Assembly: GCF_000143415.4 (NCBI RefSeq)
Contig: NW_003314464.1
Span: 1-60,688 of the forward strand
Length of the DNA: 60,688 nucleotides
Source: Selaginella moellendorffii
Taxonomy: Eukaryota; Plantae; Lycopodiophyta
Direction: 5' to 3'
In this document: piece after piece, positions 51,516 to 60,688 of the stretch
Layout: each line of letters starts with the position of its first letter
Numbering within the stretch: the first letter of the stretch is position 1
Translations under genes and position numbers: made by a program
The notes under the pieces: generated by a model
Database searches by the model: none
Told to the model about the DNA's origin: nothing
What the model saw: the letters and a program-made list of their open reading frames with translations, nothing else

Positions 51516-53917
51516 CCATGGTTGAGGGACCTATTTGCCCTGAATTCAAGAGGCATGACAAACCTTCCTCTTGCTATAACAGTTCTTTGGCAATCAACGT
51601 TAAGAAAGCTAAGGCAATGATCAGGTAGGCAGTTTTTCTTTGAGGTTAATAGTAAATGGATTGATCCATGAAGTGTGCAATGGGTGGCGATCGTGATGGG
51701 ATGACCAGGGTCTAGCACCACTTACCTCTATTCAATGTATCTCTTGCATTCTTCTTGATGCCCATACCCAAGAATCAGTAGCATGAGTTCAACACTTAAA
51801 ATAGTTAAATTGACATTCTTTCAGCAGGCAAAGCCCTCAATGGTGATTAGAGCTTAATTTTCCATTTCTTATGTAGAGTGTTATGCATGTCCCATCATCA
51901 TGAAGCTATTATCTACAAGTTTCTCAAGTTATATTTTCATCTAGCCCGACTTGGGCTCCAGATGTTTTCCTTTGGAGGCTGCATCTCCTCTGGGATTCAT
52001 AGCAGTCTTGAAGCTCTCTGACGATTCTGGGACTTCAAATGGAAGGCAAGCACTGCCTTTGCCACTGTCACTGTCTATTATACATGATGACCAGTTTCAG
52101 AGACTATGGCTAAGTTTCTGGACATGAGATGTAGGAGAAGTTCCTAAGTGGTGATCATTGAAAATGTGGTCAATGGTACAGAAGTGACTGAAAAGCTGAA
52201 AAGAAGTAAACTCTGATCAACAGGCTATATGTAATGATTCTTGTGCACATAACGCATTTCAGCTTCTAAAGATGGTGATTTTCTTTTATGCACGTAAGAA
52301 TGTTGCTTACAAACGATGAACTTGTAGCTTCTTGAATTCTTCTTTTATAATTTAAGTGTATTATTTGAGTGTGAGGTTGAGGAAGGCCGACAAAGTTTCT
52401 GGTTGGTGTCTCAGCATTTATTTTAATAGCTCCATTCATTCCATATAATTTATTTTTTGCGTTTTTGTGTATGCCCAAACACAAATGGTTCAGGTAATAA
52501 GTTTCCATGACATGGAATAAATTTTAAGTTTGTCTTGTAGAAATCTCACATCACTTTATGTTCCATGTGACAGTTTTGATTGCTGTTGGCATGGAGGCTC
52601 AATGCTTTGCTTAGCCGGATGCAGCTCCACACGTGATGAAGTATGCTCCAAAGCTGTCCTCGGATTTTCAGGACCAGGTCTGGACCTCGCTTTGTGATCT
52701 GGTACGTTTGTTTGCAAGCAAAAATCAGGTTTGTATACAAACAATAATTTATCGAATGTTACCTCTTTCCCTTGAATCCACAACTATTTTCTTTGGCATT
52801 ATTTGTGAGTCTCAGTACCTCCAATCGCATCATTGTTGACAATGTGGAAGCACCTAAAAGCAAAATAAAAAACGTTTATCCAGTTTAGAAAAGACAAAAT
52901 CATAAGAAAAGAAGAGGAGGCTGACCTGGTCTGCAGTGTAATCACCATTGTGTCACAGAAGTACAATTAAAGTGTAATCGTCCATTGTGTCCCAACTGTA
53001 GGAGGACAATTGACGACTCAAGCATGAGAAAAACCAGTTGATTACAGCCTCAATGCATCAAAGTAAACAATCTGGAAGAATTATCAAATTAGGAATACAT
53101 ACACACAAAGACTCATCTCTCACATTCACATCAATTGGGAGTGCCATCGCTCTCAATTCCATCCAAATAGCAATCTTCACATACTTCCTCCTTTGTTGAA
53201 TCAGCAGTCTTGAAAGCTCCAGGACTACAAGTTCTCTGGAAAAGAATACTAAGATCGCCAAGAAGAACACATTATGTTACCAAGAGTCAGAAGAAGAAAC
53301 CACGAGGGACTACATGAAAAAACCAGTCCACAACTCCAATCTGCAATTCGTGGAACTGCTCAAGTTTTCTTCCTTGGACATTGTGCCTTAAAATGTCGTG
53401 CTCTTGGCTATGGCAAGCACTGATCCCATTTGAGGTGTTTGACAAGATGCCCTGAGCATGGTACTGCAGCGGATGCTGATGGATTGGATGGATCTGCGCC
53501 AGGGCAATGGTAAGAGTAAGGGCGTAGCCACCAGGATCCTCTGTGGCTCAAGAGCAAATTCCTGCAAATTGTGGTGACTACTGGCAGCCATCTGCTGGAC
53601 AAGCTGCAATGCTGCTGGGAGAAAATATGATCAACTCAAGAACACGAAAAGAAGGATTCGTTTTATCAATGCTGCAATACTTTCTGGGAAGAGATCTCAA
53701 CAATCAACAGAGCTTGTGCACAACATATCACAAAACCAAACCGGGATGCTGAGCAAAAAATGTGTACCTTATGGCCGAAAACATGCCAAGCTTTCGCTGC
53801 TGGGCTCGATACATAAGGAAAGATAAAATAGCAGCCCAGAAAAAGAGAATTTGCTTATACCAGGATAAAAAATAAACAAGGTCGGGCCCTGAATCAATCC
53901 AGGGCACATGATTCCAA

Positions 53918-53919
<2 letters not shown>

Positions 53920-53962
<43 letters not shown>
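53920..53962 (+). repeat. (GA)n microsatellite; also (GA)n at ~40749-40768 and (AAT)n at ~45666-45700
   Basis: Direct reading. Confidence 0.9.
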
Positions 53963-53964
<2 letters not shown>

Positions 53965-54148
53965 TTCCCGCTACCAACGCTCGTTGCTTTCCTCCCTGCC
54001 CTAAAAGCCATTTGAAATTTTTTATTATCCCAAAAGTCACGACTTTCCATCATTTAATCTCAACTGTTAGATTTTGGGATATGCCCAGAATAAGTGTCCC
54101 CAGTATATGCTATTATTATACCGGCTCTTTTGTTTAAATATATGAGTA

Positions 54149-54174
54149 CTAGCAGGGAACCCAGCTCCGCTGGG
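54149..54174 (-). mobile_element. Helitron 3' terminus on the minus strand
   Basis: Minus strand reads hairpin CCCAGC-GGA-GCTGGG, 7 nt, CTAG, then T. The element would extend rightwards; its 5' end was not found. Confidence 0.6.
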
Positions 54175-54859
54175 ATAGTTAGATGCTAATTCTAAAAAGA
54201 GAACAATTTATTAAAATTTGCTTAGGTTTAATATGTAACAAGCACTTGGTTTATTTAGTTTTTACTTAGTGATTGCAACCAAACACTATTTATTAAATGG
54301 TTTACTGGAATAAAATAATACAAGCTTGGACTCAAAGCTTAAAAGAATTATTCAACACATGAAGAGGTGGCTTAATCATATTCCTCAATTTGGTATATTA
54401 TTTGGGCATTCTAGATCAGGTTCATCACCTTCTATAAGCTCATTGGGGTTGAGCAATAGACTAAAAAGCATTTTCCATCTCAAGGCATTTTTAATTTATG
54501 CCCATGTGAATAAGGAGTAGTTCCCTTAGGGTGGGGTTCCATGCTCCACCCACCTGGAAATTTCTCCTCACCCCCCCCTCCAAAAAAAACTTTCCCCTCC
54601 TTTTTTTTTAATGGTTACATTACATGTAACCCTCTTTTTTATATGCCACATAAGGCTGCTTCTTTTTTTCCACATCATAATGGATTAGGGTGCCATTTTT
54701 TTTTACCCTAAATTGAGTGTATAGCATGCCATAGCTTGGCAATTTTTCCTTGGCAATCATTTCCCATGTTGTAGAGATTGTGATGAGGTACTTAAATTTG
54801 GTAGAGTTGTTCTTTCTGGAGGAGGACATGATCTTAGTTCCAGTTTCAAGAAAGCTTTT

Positions 54860-55900
54860 GTTCATTTAAGCGATTGCTATAGTGCTTTCTATGCCATGTC
54901 CTACTGCAACTTCATTTATTGAAAAAGTGATCACTAAAAAGGAGCTCCTAGGGCTATTGATCAGTTTGGATTACATCAAGCCAAGAAGTCTTCCACTGGT
55001 GGTATCAAATAGAGTTTCAGGTTCTCCATATAAATCCATAAAGATTCAGAGAAGTTTTTTAGTATCTACATTCATTTTTCTTTGTGACGAGCTTGCTCCA
55101 AAATTGGCTAGGAGGCCTCCTCCAGGTTTGGCAGAAATACCAAAGTAGCATTTAGCTATTTCAAAGAAAGTAACTATTGCTTTGAAACACTTGGCATTCG
55201 GGGACACATGGCAAATAATTGGTGATGCATTTAGAGTGGCTTCATGCACTCAAGTTTGTCTATGCTGATTCAGGTATTCATTGTTTGAGCATGAAGGACT
55301 AATGATCCATTGGCAGATGAGGAGGGAATAAATGAAGTTATAGCATGATTTCAGAGATTGCATGGATTCCCAAATTGTTGTGATGCAATGGATTGCACTC
55401 ATATGGCAATCGAGCTCCTAGGATCAGAGGATGCAATAAATTGGTATGCTAGGGAAAAAAGTACTACTCAATGGTAGTTTAAGTTGTGGTAGACAGTAAG
55501 ACTTCATTCCTTTACATAACAATAGAGATAGTAGGTAGTGTTCCAGATAGACAAGTTTGGAATTCTAGTGGTTTGAAGAAGGCATAGATAGAGAAGAAGT
55601 GTTTATGTGGTCCAGTGTACCACACAGAGTTTGGGGACATTCCATTGTATATCATTGCTGACAGAGGATAAGAGTGTGCTTACCTGGTTTTGGTTTTATA
55701 TCCAAACAAGTTTCATGGCAAAGAGCAATACAGCTTTCTTCATTCTTCTATGAGGATTGTGTTCAAGCAATCTTTTGGAATTTTAAAGAGGCAATGGAAA
55801 TTGCTTGGTTAGAAGGGATTTAGAGGACATCTAGGCATCCTTGCGAACAACATCATGTCTTGCTATGTGCTGCATACCTTGATGATCACAAGGAATGACA
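54860..55900 (+). mobile_element. PIF/Harbinger transposase pseudogene
   Basis: GFPNCCDAMDCTHMAI; YYSMVV*VVVD; GSVPDRQVW; YIIADRG; RIVFKQSFGILKRQW; SCYVLH. Many stops. Confidence 0.85.
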
Positions 55901-58900
55901 GGTTCATGGAAAATTTTGACCCTAATAGATATAACTACAATGCAGACTACCTTCCACAGATTTTATTATGAGAATGAAGTGGTTAGTTATATGGATCTCC
56001 AAAAAGTTTTAATGCCACATTAAACTCTCAAGAGCATTCATGTATAAGCTAAACACAGTGGACATCCTTATTTAATGCAAATAGTGCATTCAATCTATTT
56101 AACTCCTTGATAGTCTGCAAGAATAATGACATATATTTATTCAATGACAACTAATGGCGTGTTAATTTGTTGTAGCTATTGAAATAATTTATCATGGGAA
56201 ACTGTGTTGACTAAGTTTTATATATCAAGACAATCCCCTATACCATATTTTTGAATTGTCCATGAAGTTGTGAGTTTCATTGCTACAGCTATCATGTGTC
56301 ATTCTGTTTTTTAAATGCTATTAGAAAAGGGAGGGATTCCTTTGACTTCAAAAAGTGCTAGAAACTATGCTAAGTTGGTACTTGAACTTATATAAAACAC
56401 CTGTTGTTATAGGATAAAATGTGATGAGCACATAGTGCATTAGGAAGTCATTATTTGTTATTGAATATTTGTTTCATTCCTCTCTAAGAAGGAACACTTG
56501 TCCCATCAACTACACCCTTTTACTCTTTATAGTTGCAAATCTAAAAGAATGCCCTCTTGTGCCAATGATTCCTTCTTCCAATTAATACATCATTTTAGCA
56601 ACACACTTGTGAGATATGTTTACCCTCTATCATAGGTTCACTTTAGTAAAAAAGAATACCTTTCCAAAGTAGTTTATCAACTATTAAGCTTAATTCCAGC
56701 AAGTAAAGCCAAATTGAAAAACTGTTACCAAGAATATATATTTTGAAATAGGGGCTAGATTAAAGTAAAGTAAGGGAACTTCATATGAGAAAAATATCCT
56801 TGACAAAAAAAAAAAAAAAAAACTGTAAGTATTTGAGTTTTGATTTCTTATTTAGCCATCACTCAAGTTAGTGACATGACTTCCTAGATATGTTAGCCTA
56901 GTAAATCCTATGGGACTTTCTTGTGGATTTCTTTTGTTTCCAAGGTCAAATAGTAGGAACATCAAGAATACACTTCAAAAATGAGACTTCTTTAAAAGAT
57001 CATATAATTTTTACTACAACTTACTAATAATCCATCCAAGCTAATAATTTGAAACATATGTTACTCAATTTTATTCATATTTTGGGTTTGTTCTTTTATT
57101 AAAAGTGACTAATTTATTTTCATGAAACATTAAACCATAATTACATCTATCCATAAATTATATTATTTTAATCATGTAGCTTAATTTATAGTTGTAATCC
57201 ATAATATAAAATTGTAAGTTTAAAGCTGATTAAAATCACTTGTAAAATTTCCATTATAAATATTAAATAAAGCTAAATAATATTATGTAAAAGATAATAA
57301 AATATTGTTTTTTATTCTTTGAATTTACTCTCACTGAAAATTCACCTAAAATCATAATTATTTTTTATTTTTTTAAATATTTATTTTCAGATATGAGTAT
57401 TTGATTTTGGTTTGATTTTTTTATTGAATTAGTATATATAAAAATTGTTTAATTTACTCTTAAATATCTCTTCTCTCTTTATAAATCCACAATAATAGTA
57501 GAATATGTTCTTATGAATATTTTTAGTATAATATAATTTTTATCAAACTCATTAGTGTAATGTTATAATTTATAATTTTATGTTATTCTTTCAGCTAATA
57601 ACAATTGTTTTATTTTATTTTAAATCTTCATATAACTGAGATATAATCAAGAAATGGATTTGATCTTTCAATATGTATGAGATAGCTTATACCATATTAG
57701 ATAGCATGTTATTAATGAGACATGAATGCATAATTTTATTATAAAGCATTAGTATAGGTTTGTCTTAAAACTTTACATGAGCTTTATTTTTTATTTATAA
57801 TACAAAAAATAATTTTGTATTATATCAATCCATACATAAGCATAAGGAAAATATCGTGTTAGTTCAAATGGTAAATTAAGTATTTTATAAAAAAAGTTAA
57901 TGCTTTCGAAATAGGGTAAAATTATATGTCACATTTGTGAGAAAAATACAACTCAGAAAGTAAGGATAGAAAATCTATTTTATTAAATATTTATATTAAA
58001 TATTTTATAAAAAATATTAATACATGTGTAAAACCTTTCTAACCAGAATATAAGTTACTAATAGATCAAGAGTATGTAACACATTTTGTAATTTATAATA
58101 CATAAGTTAACTACTACAAAAATTAAATGATGAAGAGAAAAAATATTTGAGAAAGAAAAACTTAGAATAAGAAGAAAGAAAGAAATTAATAGAAATAAAA
58201 TTTTAAATATTAAAAAGACTGGTCTATATGAAATTCTCATGAAAAGTGATTTATATTAAAAATTAGTAGAGCAACTCTAAAATTAAATATCTAGATTGTA
58301 ACCCTTAAAGTTGAAATTTATAAACTACAGTTCATTAGGATTATATTTAGGTAATATCATGCTAGAAGTTATAATTTCAATATTTCAAGGAACTTTGAAA
58401 ATTTGAAAAACATTCTGCAAGATTGTCTCTTACCGAAGGATTTCAAATCAAATATAGCTAAAAATCTCAGAAAGTGTAATTTAAATATAAATTTACTATT
58501 AGATTATTTAAAAATGCTTACAATTCAACAATTATCTAAAGGAGAACATTATTATAAACAAACTTATATTATAAGAAATATTAATAATTTTATTATAAAC
58601 TTCCATATAGCACATTCATATTTACATAATAATATTTTTATTTTTAGTACTATATTTATTATAATATAATAATATTCTCAAAATGTATTAAAATTGAAGT
58701 TGTGAGGGCCAAGTGTACGGCTATGATGCCGTATACTAATATTAGCATAGTGGGATTTTGGTAGCCATCGGATTGGTTTAATTCTGGACCACTCACTCCT
58801 GTATATAAGGTAGGGTTTTTGGGCTAATTGATATGCACATTTCTGTATTCCCTTTCCATATTCCAAACACTCATAATGTTTATTTTAATTTTATTTTTTT

Positions 58901-59699
58901 AAAAAATAATATGTATTGTTGTTTCAACATTATCATTTGTGAATAAAGTTTCAAATTTTTCATTCTCTTAAATTTTATTGTTGATATGTTCATTATAAAG
59001 AATATAAAAATAAATATACAAACTTTGACCTAATATATTACAATATACAAGAATAATATAATGACATTGTTTACTTTTTAAAGTATAACATAATATAATT
59101 ATTAACATATAATATATACTTTAAAGTATTTCTTAAATGAATTTCTTAAAAAAAACTTACAATTCACATATATAGCTTTGATTTACATTAATTTTAAGTT
59201 TGATATTTGTTGAGGATTTTAATGAGTGAGAATAATTTTCTTAAGTCTTCAAGAGGAGAGTTTTCTACAAAAATAATGATATTTTTGAGATGTTCTTAAG
59301 AATTGTTTGGAATATATACATCTCCAAAGATTTCTCTAAATAGCAAAATACAATACATCTTTATGAATATCTCCTTGTGTCATTTTGACCTTGTAAGCAT
59401 TGGTTTGTTGTCAAGCAAAGCCACAAAGGCTACAACAAGCAGCTTCTATTTAACTATTTATTAGAGCAAGAAAATATCATGTTACACCTTACAGTTTCTC
59501 ATTCCCTAGACATTCCTCAGATGCTGCTCATAGAATTCCAGAAGTTGTAACTTGACTACCATAAAACATGAAAGAAGCAGTGAAAAAGTACCATTCATGT
59601 TTTAAAAGTTTTTTTCTGTTATTGAAAGATATCTAGAGGAGGTTAACACTTTAGAGCCTTACAAGCACCTCATAAATTTCCCTTAAAGAGATGATGTGC

Positions 59700-60688
59700 A
59701 GTTCTATGGTTCTTTAAGAATACCTGCCAGTTTGCATCTGTCTTGAACATGTCTTCGTTAGGTCCATTGGAGCAAAGGGTAAACATAAATGCAGAGCTTT
59801 CATAAATAGCATTTCCTTCCAAATACAGAAGTGACAGGGATGAATTAGAATAATGGAGGCATGAGAATACATAGGATATCATCTTGTATGAGGTACAATT
59901 CAGTAGAATACTTTTTTCTTTTATAATTACAGAAGTTTGAAACTTTTACAGAATAGTCTGGATGTGGCCTAAAGAAGAAAGATTGTATGAAGGAAAGTTT
60001 GTATGAAATTGTAAATGTTTATCTTCACTTTCTCGAGCACATCAGGATTTTGCTTTAGAAAACCATCAGCCATCGAGTTGTGACCAGCGTTTATGTACAT
60101 GTTGAGCATGTCTATGATTTCAGCACTTCCAGAGACTCTCCTTTGTCATCCAGCTCATCCATGAGCAACAAAAGAATGCTTGTTTCCTGTGTCTTTCTAG
60201 AAGCTCTTCGCTGGTTGATCAGGTCCTGGATAAGCTTGATGACCTTTCACCTGGCCTGAGAATGGGAAAACATCACAAAACTATGTAAGACAATGCATAT
60301 GGCTTTTACCTTCGAGGCTTTGTTGTAGGCAGTGTTGGGGAAGTTGATGGGGAAAGCCTGAATGCCTTGGTTGACAATGTAGTACAAGGAGAAAATCTCA
60401 TCCACATCGAGACTGGAGTCTTTCCTATATAAAATGTAGAGGACAGTTAGATACGTGAACTGTTATATCAGAAAAAAAACAGTATCAACGAGAAAATAAG
60501 ACAGACAGGAAGTAAACATCACTTACCCTTCTCATCTCAGTAAGAAGAACAATCTTATGCTCCGTAGGCCACCTTGCAAGGCATGCTGTTGTAGGGGCAC
60601 GTACTGCTTAAGAGCTTTGGATTGTTCACAGTGACTCAGTAAGCTTCTGGAGCTTCAAGTAGCTCTCTTCAGTTAATCTCGCAAACAG
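59700..60688 (-). pseudogene. Cytochrome P450, CYP88 (ent-kaurenoic acid oxidase)-like, degenerate and truncated by the window edge
   Basis: Exons read LARWPTEHKIVLLTEMRR; GIQAFPINFPNTAYNKASK; and DMLNMYINAGHNS, which matches the CYP88 I-helix MYLNAGHES. Stops and frameshifts present. Confidence 0.65.

Overview
Repeat-rich eukaryotic DNA with very short (~45-60 nt) GT-AG introns, two flagellar genes (DRC3-like, RSPH14-like) and a CYP88-like P450. This points to a seed-free land plant with motile sperm; a Selaginella-type lycophyte is my inference. The centre is a four-level nested stack with readable junctions: a decayed Helitron (13.5-36.6 kb) holds a ~13-kb TIR DNA transposon (14734-35993; 22-bp TIRs; probable ATAT TSD), which holds a chromovirus (18467-26703; TSD CGAGC), which holds a 676-bp TRIM (24352-25027; TSD GATTT). 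The DNA transposon is the main finding. It carries a Sola/DUF7869-type DDE transposase and a divergently transcribed 11-exon cargo gene. By hand this gene splices to ~1,640 aa: a ParB/Srx-like domain, a degenerate N6/N4-DNA-methyltransferase-like region, low-complexity linkers and an FCP1/NIF-type HAD phosphatase. About 20 copies of a 22-bp palindrome (ATGGCRTGWGGCCWCAYGCCAT) lie between the TIRs, mostly in introns and non-coding DNA. The nested chromovirus has two clean spliceosomal-type introns in its integrase. All domain calls are motif recognition by eye; no searches were run.
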